Notes under the pieces: generated by a model | The model's database searches: none | What the model was told of the DNA's origin: nothing | What the model saw: the letters and a program-made list of their open reading frames with translations, nothing else | Made by a program: the position numbers and the translations under genes | NCBI GenBank assembly: GCA_010909165.1 | Contig: VJWM01000117.1 | Coordinates: 496,001 to 560,000 of the forward strand | Source of the DNA: Anthoceros angustus | Lineage: Eukaryota > Plantae > Anthocerotophyta | Direction: 5' to 3' | DNA length: 64,000 nt | Shown: one piece after another, positions 13,010 to 25,670 of the stretch | Layout of the letters: every line of letters begins with the position of its first letter | How positions within the stretch are numbered: the first letter of the stretch is position 1

Positions 13010-14746
13010 ACTATGTTAGAGAAGATGGGATCAAGTATCGAAACGACTCACCTCCTACTACTCCATGGTGAACATGACTCTTCAAATTCAGTAGACAGAT
13101 GTGAAGAGCAAATTGCCGTGGGTAAAATTAACATGCTTAGGTTAGATGGACCAGTGAGTCGACAAGTGATTCAGATTCCTAGCATGAAGTAATGTGTGCA
13201 ACGGACATCAGTCAGCGGCTAAGCCCTGTGCTTTGCAGAACCACCTCAGAGTGCTCGAGAGCTCCTTCTGTCCCATCTGTCATTCTTGATCAAGGCTCAT
13301 GGGTCTGAACCCGGTTCTGTTGTAAGTTTTCTGAATAAAGATGGAGTCAGCGTGAGCAAACAACTTCAATATGCTCCCAGAACTTCATAATCAGCTCGAC
13401 GATGGATCTATAACCCAAATACTATCGTTGTGACCACAAATAAGTGACAAGGACTCGGACATTATAGAAGCGTAACTCTGAATCCTTGAACATTTGAAGG
13501 CAGAAGAATACGTACAAAGCGGAGGAGCCTTGTCGTCTCGCGCGTGCTGGTGGTCCCCATATATGTTTTTCAAATGAGTTTCTATGAGGGCCGACTTTGC
13601 ATATGTTTCCTGTATGCTTTGCCACAAAAGGTACCCCTACTTCAGTGCCAGCTGGAATAACATAAGTCCTGCACTGAGGGGAGCTGAGCCGAGAAATTCC
13701 GCTCAGCTCCATTGCTAGGGACGAAAGAGCCAGCCACCAAAAACCGATTCAAATGCCAAGCCAAGGCCTACCTACCTCACCAGGTGCGAAGGAAACATAA
13801 TTTTAGACATGCACGCACGACAAATCCCTCTCTGACCGAATCAGAACAAGAACCAGTGTCTACACTGGAATGGCTTCACAGACCTGTGTTATCAACACAC
13901 TGTGTTAGAAGATGGGATCAAGTATCGAAACGACTCACCTCCTACTACTCCATGGTGAACATGACTCTTCAAATTCAGTAGACAGATGTGAAGAGCAAAT
14001 TGCCGTGGGTAAAATTAACATGCTTAGGTTAGATGGACCAGTGAGTCGACACGTGATTCAGATTCCTAGCATGAAGTAATGTGTGCAACGGACATCAGTC
14101 AGCGGCTAAGCCCTGTGCTGCAGAACCACCTCAGAGTGCTCGAGAGCTCCTTCTGTCCCATCTGTCATTCTTGATCAAGGCTCATGGGTCTGAACCCGGT
14201 TCTGTTGTAAGTTTTCTGAATAAAGATGGAGTCAGCGTGAGCAAACAACTTCAATATGCTCCCAGAACTTCATAATCAGCTCGACGATGGATCTATAACC
14301 CAAATACTATCGTTGTGACCACAAATAAGTGACAAGGACTCGGACATTATAGAAGCGTAACTCTGAATCCTTGAACATTTGAAGGCAGAAGAATACGTAC
14401 AAAGCGGAGGAGCCTTGTCGTCTCGCGCGTGCTGGTGGTCCCCATATATGTTTTTCAAATGAGTTTCTATGAGGGCCGACTTTGCATATGTTTCCTGTAT
14501 TGCCACAAAAGGTACCCCTACTTCAGTGCCAGCTGGAATAACATAAGTCCTGCACTGAGGGGAGCTGAGCCGAGAAATTCCGCTCAGCTCCATTGCTAGG
14601 GACGAAAGAGCCAGCCACCAAAAACCGATTCAAATGCCAAGCCAAGGCCTACCTACCTCACCAGGTGCGAAGGAAACATAATTTTAGACATGCACGCACG
14701 ACAAATCCCTCTCTGACCGAATCAGAACAAGAACCAGTGTCTACAC
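12974..14746. repeat. Tandem duplication, ~885 bp x2, covering the SCPL 5' region
   Basis: cactggaatggcttcacagacc at 12974 and 13863; both units end gaaccagtgtctacac; near-identical with small indels. Confidence 0.9.
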
Positions 14747-15544
14747 CGGAATCGCTCGCGACCACTGACCATCAGTACACCACAGTCCCTGAGCTACACC
14801 CCGCAACTCTCACCACAAAAGATCCTGAGGAATCACTTGGAACAGACAGGCCACAAAGACAATCAGAACTGCACTCGTTTAACTCCTGAATGACTTGTGA
14901 GGTGCGGATGCGGCATCAGAGCGGAAGCCACAGGGTGGAGCACAGACATTCAAAGACTGAGAACACATGGAAACCAAAAACCTAGCCCGGAAGCGTAATG
15001 TCTATCCGAGCATTCCACCACACCGCTCCTGCAGCCGTAACTGTCCGTAACCAAGTTCTTGGCAAAAAGCAGGCCGGCAGAGCAGGCCACATCCAATTTC
15101 CTGCGCTTCCGACAACTCCTGAGCTTGTCCAAGATGCTTGCAGCAGCAACAGCTGAGAATCGTGAGCTACACGCTCCCTCCTCTGTCGGAAAAGCAAGGA
15201 ACAATCACATAACACGATAGAGCTGCTTGCGCGTTCCAGCAGTGGCAGGCCAGAGCCGCGTAGGTGAAGAGTGGCCAGCGCTCGTCACACCGAGCCGCGG
15301 GCTTCCGTGCTCACATTGTTCCTGCGGCCATTGTGGCGCTGTCTGCCACAAAGGGAAGGAGACAACCGACGCGACGGTCTCGTGTCCAGCTGACACACGA
15401 CTCGTCGAATAGTTCCAATTAGCATAATTCCGTTTTTCTTCCTTTCTTTGAATTCAGCCCCCGGAAGCGCGAAGCATAGATTTGAGGGGAGGGCCTGAAA
15501 AGACAAGAAGACACTTCAGCTCGTTCAACGGAGCAAGACAAGCC

Positions 15545-16450
15545 TCGTGGCCATCGCCACAAGAGCAGCATCCTTCCACGATTGTCCGATTGAGGGTGGT
15601 GGTCCCAGGTCGTGAATTCACGACAAAGCGATAAACATGCTCATAAGCATGGTGTGCATCTCGCACTATCATCTCACGTTTCTCAACCCGAGACATCGTG
15701 GTTCCATCACACATTCGAAGATTCGTTCAGTGACGAGCCAAGGTGTGCTATCTGCAGTGTCTGGTAGCCCAAATGGCAAAGCAAGTTTTTCAAGGTCTGT
15801 ATGGGGACCATGGCCTCCGTCCTTTTGGAACTGCAAATTTGCACTCTTCAGTCCGGAGACCAAATCACCTTTCAGGCTGCTTCCTGGATTCAAGTGAAGT
15901 TGCTTCCTGCTGCAATTCACCAACGCTCGCACACGCTTTCAGGAGGCACGAGTAAGTGAAATTTGTGGCGGCAGTGGCGTCTTGCATGCTGGCATAAAGA
16001 ACAAGAGCTTCCTAACCAAGATTGATGCCGTGTACCCAGAGATCATTGCATTCCATATCACCACATCTCTCGTGGGCAAGCTTTCAAACTCGCGGCGAGC
16101 ATCAAATAGGCTTCCACATTTTGAATACACACCTACCAGACAGTTGGAGACCAACACATTCGGCTTCCACATGCCAGCTTGTGAAACACCTGCATCGCCT
16201 CCTGCAACCTCCCATGAGAGGAATGAAGTGGTTGGCCAGAAATGTGTTGGACTCATGTCCACATTTAGGAAACAGTGCATGGACGTGCCTGCCGAGCACC
16301 AAATCCTTCCTTGCGGTGCACCTGTTAAGCACATTGTAGAAGAGACATGGTGGAACAAACAAAACCCGTTGCACCAGCAGGTCCAATGCATCAACTGCCT
16401 CCCTCAGATGCCCCTGCTCACAGAGCTTGGTCCAGCCTGAGCTCTAGAGG
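15545..16450 (-). pseudogene. PLS-class PPR-DYW:KP pseudogene with internal deletions
   Basis: KLCEQGHLREAVDAL; FYNVLNRCTARKDLVLGRHVH...NTFLANH; LVGVYSKCGSLFDARREF...DVVIWNAMISGY; DYW remnant GGHGPHT..EKLALPFGL...EKREMIVRDAH...GCCSCGDGH. Resembles the intact gene at 52313-54568. Confidence 0.8.
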
Positions 16451-17589
16451 AGCCTCACAACAAGCCACCCTGCAAGATTTGAGGCCATGGTCATCAAAAG
16501 CAAAGAAAGGAAACCTCATACGCCATGCTGCCAGACACCTTCATCATCAGCACCACATGCAGAAAGCGGATGGGAAAGGGCCACCTTTCAGAATCCTGAC
16601 ATCCCAGGACAAATCATCCTCAGAACTGCAGCCAAAAATGAAGCATCGTGGAGTATTCTGTCCAACAACACACAGCAAACCCAGTAGTACTCCATGATTG
16701 CAACAACTAAGCAGAGTCAATCAAAGCTCAGAAAACCTTGCATTATTGATGCACTATAACTACGTGACTCATTTGCAATGTTTTCTGAGCTTGGAATTGA
16801 CTCTGCTGAGTTGACCGTCAAGCCTGCCCAGCTCATGGAATGAGTTGCCGTCTGTGGATGCCTTCCATACCTGCAGAGTCCCTTCTGGGCCAGGATATCA
16901 GTCTCCACCCAAGCCTAATACGCCACAGCACTAGAAACACCACCCAAACCAGAAGAGTGGAAAGGCGAAGCTGTGATGTATTCACTCACCCTCGCACACT
17001 TATCAGAGCCTCCCGCTCCGGTGACAAAAAATAAGTCATCCACTGCCATTGAATGCACACAGCACACAATCTGGCTCAAGACCGGTGCACCGGGAGGGGG
17101 TGTGCTAATCATCTTCACACACCTGAAGTGAGGTTGCATGTCAAGCGTTACACAGGTAAAAGCAGAAATAACTTGGAATGGCCAGGGCAGTTAGCATTGA
17201 CACCTTGTGCTTGACCTACCGGCAAGTTGTCAGGACGAGGCAGATACTGCCGTGAAGCCGTTGCTACTACATGGAACCTGCCACATCTAGCTTCACTCCA
17301 CCACAACCATGAAGAGGACATGCAAAAAGGCAAGTCAATCGGAGAAGCAGTGACAACAGCAGATGGTTCTTCCGCTGCGGGCTGCAATGAATCTGTTTAG
17401 CAGCACAACAACAAACAGGCCTAGGAGTATCCATCAGGCACACGCCACTGTAAAATGCAAAGCACGTCACACTTGAGCAACCACGTGAAGCAGACATAGG
17501 CCCAGGAAACATTCAGTAACTTCCACAATCCATGACCAGCTATCTCCTTCTAACCGTGAAACTCCCAAGCGTGAAAACAAAGAAGCTAC

Positions 17590-18345
17590 CCCACCGCCGG
17601 ACACAGCAGACGGCCCTCCGTCGGATAGTCCGACGGAGCTCCGCCGGATCGTCGGACAACTGGACGGAGCTCCGCCGGACCGTCGGACAACTGGACGGAG
17701 CTCCGCCGGACCGTCGGACAACTGGACGGGGCTCCGCCGGACCATCGGACACCGGACGGACCGCCAGGCGGAGGAAGAAAGGACCACCGTGGCCGGCGGG
17801 CGGAAGGAGGTGGGGCCCACCGTGGCCGCCCGGCGGAAGGAGAAAGGTGGTCGACCATCGGCGGCCACGGTCCGGCGGACCACCGGGGACCCGGGGTCCG
17901 GCGGGTACCCGCCTGAACGGACCAGCGGGTCCCCGGCCGACCACCGGGCGGACCAGCGGGTCCCCGGACCACCGGCGTGGGTCCCCGGCGGACCACCGGG
18001 CGGACCAGGTCCCCGACGGACCCGGGTACCCGCCGGACCGCGACCCGGGGTCCGTCGGGGACCCCGGTGGTCCGCCACGGGGTCCGTCCGGGGACCCGCT
18101 GGTCCGCCCGGTGGTCCGCCGGGGACCCGCTGGTCCGCCCGGTGGTCCGCCGGGGACCCGCTGGTCCGCCCGGTGGTCCGCTGGGACCCGCTGGTCCGCC
18201 GGGAACCCGACGGACCGCCGGACCGCACCCGGGGGTCCGTCGGGGACCCGGGGGTCCGTCGGGGACCCGGTGGTCCGGCGGGGACCACGGTGGGCCGACG
18301 GACCACCGTGGTGTCCTCCTTCTTCCGCCGTGGTCTACGGACCTA
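17590..18345. repeat. GC-rich tandem plus inverted (foldback) repeat block
   Basis: 31-bp unit acggagctccgccggaccgtcggacaactgg x~4 (17633-17760). A second 31-bp unit, ccggggacccgctggtccgcccggtggtccg x~3.5 (18088-18200), has its reverse complement at about 17915-18010. Inner hairpin ccccgacggaccc (18011) / gggtccgtcgggg (18048). Followed by an abrupt AT-rich tract (18410-18480). Confidence 0.85.
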
Positions 18346-18572
18346 AAATATCATAACTAGAAAGATTGAATGACCTACATATTTCTGAACTAGTCTATCA
18401 TGCAGCGCTGTCGAATTTATGTATAATTGTATATTATTATAATTTAAAAATATAATAATATATAAAATAAAAAATAAAATTTGTGCCATCATGATGACTT
18501 TCATCTAATCAAAACTCAGATAATCCTATCCTATCTTATTCTAATGTCAAGACCAGAGTCTAGGTCTTGGCC

Positions 18573-20572
18573 TCATTTCTCATCCTTGGCTTCACGATCC
18601 TCCCAACTTGTGGCACCCAAATGCACCTGTGTTATACTTTTCAAGCCTAGCTTGATCCACCACCTCGAGCCAATTTGTTTCCTTTGATATGGAACGCAGA
18701 ATTTTTCTCTCCCAACTTGAACGCTTAAATATGGTGGCACAACCCTTTTCCTCATCTCAGAATCTTCTAGGAACTCCACAGGCTTGGGCCGACGCTTAGT
18801 TGCCACTATAGATGCAAAGGGCATCCGCACCTTTTCTTGCTCACTCACATTCTTCACAGGAGGTAGATGTATCCCCTCACAACTTACAATATCCTCATGT
18901 GGTTGTGCTTCAATCTCCTTTCCCTTCTTCTGTGGCAGGTCAGGCACCTTGGCCACAATGTGCGCTTCATCACACTCCTCCAACCCTCCGGAAGGTGGAT
19001 TCGCTGCTCCCTTAGGAACACGCAACTTCTCATACTCAAGAGGTGTCTTTCCTGTGTCACTCGCACCATTGGGTACATGACTCATCTGGCGATTGGCACC
19101 CAGGTTCATGTTCTTAGCTTCAGCATCACGCGAAGAGTGACCCTCCACAATCATAGCAAAGCATTCCCTCATTTCTTGAATATGCTTCCCCTGTAAATCT
19201 TTTAGTGTGTCCTTCATCAACACAATTTGAGGGATTAGCTTCTTGGAGAACGTCTTCCACTCAGGCCCCATTGGGTTTTGAGCTTTTGCTTCATCCCTCT
19301 CCACCCGAAATATCAAGGATTGTGTTGCTTCTTCATGCAATCTGGAACTCAATTCTTCATTCTGCTTCATTTGGAGAGATAACTTGGTCTTCAAATTCAT
19401 CATACAACATTGAAGTTTCTTCACTTGTTCTCTCAGCTCCTTCATTTCCTGCAAACGACCTTGCTCCGCTTCTGCATTTCGCGCAGCCAAGGCACATGTC
19501 CAGGAGTGAGACTTTTTCTTCAGCCTGTCCAACTCCAACTCATCTTGCTCCAGGGTTCGTAGAAGCCTGGGAATAGTCGCAGGATACCGTGTAAGGATCG
19601 CTCCAATGATCCATCAATGTACCTCTCATGACCTCATCCTTCGAGGCACATTGTCGCTCTTCTAGTTTAGGGGACACCATTGTAGGGGCCTCGGAACCCA
19701 CTTTCGTGTAGCAGTCTTCTCCCTCTCCTTCTCTTTGCTCATGTTCCTCATAGTAATATGAGGCATCCTCGTCGGTCTCCTCTTCCATCATTCTTACTTC
19801 AAAAAGTGCATCCTCCTCTTCCTCCGGCTTCAAAACTTCATTTCGTAGTATAGATGTACAAGGAAGGCCGACATATGAGACGCCTTCGGATAACTCTTTT
19901 CCAAATTATGCTCACTTACAGCCATATCCCACATTGTAGTCCCCAATCAATCATCTCTCCTTCACAATCTTCCTAAAACCGCCAAGGTGTAGAAAGATAA
20001 TTGTCCTTTTTGCGTGCAAGAAGCCTAGTATCCTCGCCATGGCTCGGTGACGGACACTTCGACTGCGATTTTCCAACCATTGCTCGCTCTCGCCGAGGCC
20101 GGATGCACGAACATCCCTTCGTGTACAACGGAATCCCGCTGCGTCGTCCCCCCGCTCGTGTAGGAGGCGCCTCCAACCTCATCGTCGAGATGGAGCGCCC
20201 TGACCATGAGCTCGCGGGTCGATGCAGACGCCACCCGTTCCATCTCCACCTCGCCTCAGCGTTTCACAGAGCTCTCTGACCAGCGTGGCGCTGCTGTGAC
20301 GCCACTCCTTGCCCAGAAACTCGCAGCCCCAATCGGCCAGAAACGGCCTTACCAAGGCTTGATCCGAGGGATGCCATGCTGAAAAATCCAGATCGCCTCC
20401 TCTCAATCCAGTTCCCCGCCGATTTCTGCCTCCAATGCGCAATGCCTCTGATTGCTCTCAAGTACTCAGACGCGCTCCCACCGCATCCAGCCTCTTTTCC
20501 ACATCCAAGATTAAATGGTCGTATACCTATGTATGTATATGTAGGCTGCTTTCGTTTCGGCATTTTTGGCAC
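18573..20572 (-). mobile_element. Degenerate transposon-associated ORFs (acidic / coiled-coil, retroelement accessory-ORF-like)
   Basis: Intronless minus-strand ORFs 19540-19833 and 18573-19538 (acidic, then coiled-coil) and 20025-20572 containing WGCEFL...ATLVRELCETL, reminiscent of the LVREF motif of plant retroelement accessory ORFs. No catalytic domain recognised. Confidence 0.4.
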
Positions 20573-20792
20573 CCAGAACTCATCTCACATGTGAAGAAGA
20601 GTGGGTGAATGTGGCATGCTTAGGTTAGATGGAGAGAGCCTGACGTGATTCAAATTCTGGCATGAAGTAGATGATGTGTACATCTGAAATCGATCGACTT
20701 GGACAACTCCTCGAGCTTGTCCAAGGTGCAAGATTTGCAAGAAGCAAGAGCGATGTGAGTCTGCTCACATTGTTCCATGGAACAAGAGCAGC

Positions 20793-21130
20793 CTAGTGGC
20801 CATCGCCACAGGAACAACATCCTTCTACAAGGGGATGAAAACGGTGTGCATCTCGCACTATGATCTCACGTTTCTCAACTCGAGACATGATATTGGTCCC
20901 ACAATGACAGTCATCATACAGCCCATGATTCTTTTTAATGTAAGGTGTGCCAGCCAAATGCGAAGCAAGCTTTCAAGATACCCATGTGGTGACTTGCTTG
21001 CCAAGCAAAGCGCTAAGTCTAGCAGGCTTCTTGCAGGCGCCCGTGAGGTTTGAGCTCCCAATGCCGCCCACGCACAGGCAGGAGTGATGCCATGGTCTTC
21101 CACCATCAGTCGGAAGCAGGTTGTAGGATT
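20793..21130 (-). pseudogene. Second, heavily deleted PPR-DYW:KP remnant
   Basis: CFRLMVEDHGITP (L2-like), GRLQEA and EKREIIVRDAHRFHPLVEGCCSCGDGH* (stop at 20793-20795); the DNA is homologous to 15545-15800. Confidence 0.7.
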
Positions 21131-23190
21131 TTTTGTAGGTAGGTGTTTTGAGACTTCCCACCTTGAGGTGGGAGTGTGAACTTGAACATGTGGTTTTTGT
21201 GGCTGCAATTGTGCAAGCATGAGTGACTGCGCACAAGTGTTGGCTTTTCGGTTTGTTTTGTTGCTTCAAGATTGTCTTCCACGGCTCGTTCTAGGGATTC
21301 CAGATCCGAATGACACAACTACACTGTAATCACTATCAAGGCATATCATTGTGACCTGCAAAATTTCGCAGAGGCCAACAAACGTTGCACTTGAGAATCA
21401 CAGGCGCCACCTTTCCCGTCTGAGGCAGTGAATGGTGCATCACAAGACTGGGTTGCTTCATTTGCCGAGCCTGTATGACCATGTCATCGGCGAAATCCTT
21501 CTGAAGTTGCCTGAAAAGCAAGATCCTTCCACAATGTGAGTCCTGGCTGCTACACTGCACAAAAATCGAGAAACAAAGGTGCAACACGCTAAGGAAACAA
21601 CACGCAGCTACATGAATACCGGTGTCACTTGAAGATGTTATGTGTGTGAGCGTCCAATTTCCTTCATTTGCCGAGGTTGTATCAGCATCCCATTTGCGAA
21701 ATCCTTCTGAAGTCACATGCATTCAGTCAGTCAATCAGTCAAGGTACTTGCATTATCACTCAAGGCAGACATTTATCTGGCTGCGAACAAAAACGTGAAA
21801 CAAAGGTGCAAGACGCTACACGCACCATATCACCTAATATGCTCCACACAAAAGCGTTAGAGTTCGCCCTCACATGTCCGTCTCCTAAGACACGCAGGGT
21901 CACTCCGAGCGGCATGATGCGCATGAGGAAGCGGTGTTGGATGTCTGGCCCAACAGCCGTGATAGCAGCCGTGGATGCCAGATTCAAATTACTATCATCT
22001 TCTGATCTGAAGCTGTCCCATACATCCAACTGCAAGCATAACAAAAGCATGTTAGTACTCAACCACACCGAAACGTAGGGACTGCTCCCACATCCTGTCC
22101 TTCCTGCACATACAGTGAAAGCAACATGTCTAAGCGGAGGATTTGCAGTCAGTTTCTCGGCGAACGCGGGCCATACTTGCGAACAAAAGTTCCTATATGT
22201 ATGTGTTGCCCGCCTGTTTCCCATGTATGTGTTCTGATCCGATGGAAACCCTAAAACCCTTATCAAGAAAAGATATGTATGACACCATCGGAACACCAGG
22301 CCGATGAACGTGTGATAGAATGTTTTTTCCCCGCGTACGAACCCCGGAAGTCGTGTACGATAATGCGGTATTATACGTGAGTATCTAAAGGATTCCGTGG
22401 CATATTCTCGTAGCGCATAATCAAAAAAAAGAAAGTCACACACACCCCCAGTACTGATCCAGTATTCCATACATGGGAGGAAGGTGGGCATAATTTGTTT
22501 TCTTTCTACCTCAAAAGTGCAAAAAAAGCAAAAGAAAACTTTTCTTGTTTGGTACGCCATAGGCAAAGCACCCAGGACAGATGCATACTTCGTACAGGCC
22601 CAAATGCTATCGGGACAAGAAACTCTCTTTGAACCTTTCAAACCAAAAACTTCTAAAAGTTAAAAAGCCTCATGGGTCGGATTCCCGCATCACGGGGCAT
22701 GTGAGGTCACCCGTGCGAATTGCTCGTACATGTGAATTCAATACATAAATAAAAATCAAGATTAAAGAGAGTTAAAAAAATTTGAGGATGTCTGATCCGA
22801 TGCAAAAATAATCTGTGAATGATAAAAAATAAGATAAATATAAATTAAAAAATTTGGTAAAGATAGTTATGAAGTTCTATAATAAACTAGGTGATGAAAA
22901 AAGATTGAAAATAAAACGATTAGGGATAAAATCAAAAAGTATAGGGAGAAATTATTTTTTATAATTTTATGTCATAAACTTTAATATAAACTAAAATTCA
23001 AAAGACTTAGAAAGGATTGCAAGAGATATTGCAGTGTATTGCATGGTGCTACAAAGAACCAAAATAACTAGGTCTAGATATCAATGGTAAGGCATATCAA
23101 ACGTGACTACCCATAAAGGAAAGAGGAAAGATAAAAAGGTGCAAAAGGCCTGGCCGCAACTACTCTTAAAACACCTCCAAGCTCCACACA

Positions 23191-24243
23191 TTAGGACAAA
23201 TGGACACATATTTATAAGAACGTCATGATTAAACATCCTGAGCTTAGATCGATACTTAGATGGGGTGCCTTAAGGGAGTGCATGCACCCTAAACCCTAAA
23301 CCCTAAGCCATTGGTGCAATTAGCTTAGGCACACCATGGTACAAGTTGTTAAGTACCCACAGAAATCCGTCCTTAGTGGACTTCAATAAAATTCTTCTTG
23401 GCCGCTTCATATTGATCCCCATTCTGCACGCCTCCCGAGGCGATCAGTCCTAGTCTCCTCCGGAGTGGAGAAAGGTGCATCGTGAATTCTATTGTACCAC
23501 CAAATTGCCGGCTATGTCCTCATCGCTCAAGAAGACATCATGAGTCAATCGTAAGGTCGATACACATCACATCCCAGCGGATGCGATTTGAAGAAAGCTC
23601 ATGCAAGGCCTCCCAAGATGATGAGATGGAAGCCTGGGTCGCACGGAACGGAGTTCTGCAATGCAACGCAGCGGCAGTGTGAGAACCAGCTCAATGAAAA
23701 CAGCCATGGCGGTTGATATCGGTTTAATGCGGTCATTAAGGACCGCTCCGCATCCATAGAACATAGAAGAGCAAAAGACACCGCAAAGAATAAAGAACCT
23801 TGGGCATCATGAGAATGTGCTTAGGGTTTCGAGGTCTGGGCATTTGCCTGCGCACGGTTCGTCAGTCTAATGATCGGGCGAAAGCTGGTCTGTTTTGCTG
23901 CACCAGCTGAGCAGGATGCAACTAAGCTCTAGGACTGGCTTTTGAGATCCAGAGACGTTGATGCAAGATCTACTAGGATGGAATTCGGTGCTTGCCGGTT
24001 GCAAGCGGAGCAACCAACGCAATGCATTACTTTTTTGGGCACTGAAGAAGAAGAAAAAGAATTTTATTTAAGTCCACTAAGGACGGATTTCCGTCATGGG
24101 ACTTGGTACTTAACAACTTGTACCATGGTGTGCCTAATCTACTTGCACCAAGGGCATCCACTCCCTTTAGGCACCCCATCTAAGTACCGATCCAAGCTCA
24201 GGATGCTTAATCACGGCGTTCTTATTGTGTCCATTTGGCCTAG
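23191..24243. mobile_element. Non-autonomous element bounded by ~200-bp imperfect terminal inverted repeats (MULE/foldback-like)
   Basis: Left arm 23191-23400 (ttaggacaaatggacaca...ttaggcacaccatggtacaagttgttaagtacc...aaatccgtccttagtggactt) is the reverse complement of right arm 24050-24243 (aagtccactaaggacggattt...ggtacttaacaacttgtaccatggtgtgcctaa...tgtgtccatttggcctag). No clear target-site duplication. Confidence 0.65.
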
Positions 24244-24459
24244 GCCATTTGGACACTGGCTATGTGCTCGGATCAATTGGGCAGAGAAGGACATTGCTGA
24301 AATAGTATGTCATTTCCAAAGTTGAACTTTCTGGTTGCATTAGAGATGATTAACTGGAGGAGAGACGGAGAAGGAGAAGGAGAAGAAGAAGGAAGCTGAA
24401 TTTGGTGAAGGTTCACCATCGCTGCGTAAATTGAATTGCGCACCAGGAGGAGGCGCCCA

Positions 24460-25375
24460 CGACGTTCTCTGATGATTCTGATCTGGATGCATTGCTGGAT
24501 GCTGAAAGCAGCGACGAGGATGACAGTGATGAACATGGAGGTACAGGCCTCCACAGGCGGATCGATGATATCCTCAAGGATTTGCCACGCGGCACGGGCC
24601 GGAGAACGTGGATGTGGACCAATTCGAGGAGATTGAGGTGGGCCCTGCTGTTGCCAGCCCAGCCTTGCCTGCAGGAGGGCCGGTTTTGGAGGAGGATTTG
24701 CGACACGCCGACACTTCAGAGCCGTGCAGTTTGGACTCCCAGGATGAGGGTGACGATGTGGAGGTGGAGGACCAGGATGTGCTGCCACCAGAAACTGCAC
24801 CATCTGCTGGTGCCTTGGATGACGAGAAATTGCTGGCCGACTTGGCTGCCCAGCTGCTGGAGTGGGCGCCGATTCCCTGTGCGTGGGTGCTCTGTCTGAC
24901 GTTCAGAGCTCTGCGTCTGGCATCTCCCAATCCAGCTCAGAGGCCCTAGGCAGGGAAGATGGTGGGATGCCGGAGGATATGCTTCAGAGTACGAGCACCA
25001 ACTTGTTTGAGGGAGACAGAAAGCGGGAGCGAGCTTTGTCGGGGTGGGAGGTAAGGAATACTTTCTCAAGTCAGGGGCCTCCAACGTCACTTGGAGGCCG
25101 GAGCTGCGTTTGCAGCAGCTGCAGCTGCAGCTGCAGCTTCCTCTCGGTTATTTAGGAGTAGAATGATTGCTGACTTGGAGAAGTCTAGCAGCTCACATCT
25201 CTCTTCAGCTCATACGCTTGGTGATCCCTCCAGATCAGTCGACAACCACGAGCTTGTTGAGGGCGACTCATTAGTCCAGTCCCTAAGAGATCCAGACCGG
25301 ACTGACAGCTCGGGAGTAGCTCAATCTTTGTCTTCGCATACACCTTTGGCTTGTCGCCCTTATGTTTTATCATAA
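24460..25375 (+). pseudogene. Captured fragment resembling the N-terminal exon of plant VPS8
   Basis: DSDLDALLDAESSDEDDSDEHGGTGLHRRIDDILK followed by GAAFAAAAAAAAASSRL recalls the DLDSFL..SD..HRTVDEIL and GAALAAAAAASRL motifs of plant VPS8 N-termini (recognised from memory, not searched). No WD40 exons follow, and the block is absent from copy A. Confidence 0.5.
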
Positions 25376-25594
25376 ATGCTTGTCGAGGCACGGACAACCG
25401 TCAAGGCCTAAGACGTCGAAGAGAAGCCATCTCGTCAGCAAGAGAGCTGGGGAGGTTCGACCCCTGCCTTTCTGTGAGTGACTGTCTCGTCGTTTTCTCA
25501 ACCAGTCATGGGAGAACTATGTTTCAGAGATGCCGAGAAAGGCACAAAATTTATCCTCGCTTTGGTGGAAGCCATCGTTGAGGGCTCTCCAACC

Positions 25595-25670
25595 GAATAG
25601 ATGTCAGGAAGGCATGGTTGTACCCGATTCCTTGACTTTTGTGTGCCTCTTGCTGGCATGTGCAGGACTG
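25595..25670 (+). pseudogene. Isolated PPR motif fragment
   Basis: QEGMVVPDSLTFVCLLLACAG is a typical P-to-L motif boundary; it abuts the point where similarity to copy A resumes. Confidence 0.5.

Noticed and set aside
17467-18360. Collagen-like / Pro-Gly-rich ORFs in all six frames
   Set aside because: Explained by GC-rich repeats lacking stop codons; no true Gly-X-Y register.
21336-22641. 293-aa and 128-aa minus-strand ORFs
   Set aside because: No recognisable domain, a non-ATG start, and not maintained in copy A; exon remnants cannot be excluded.
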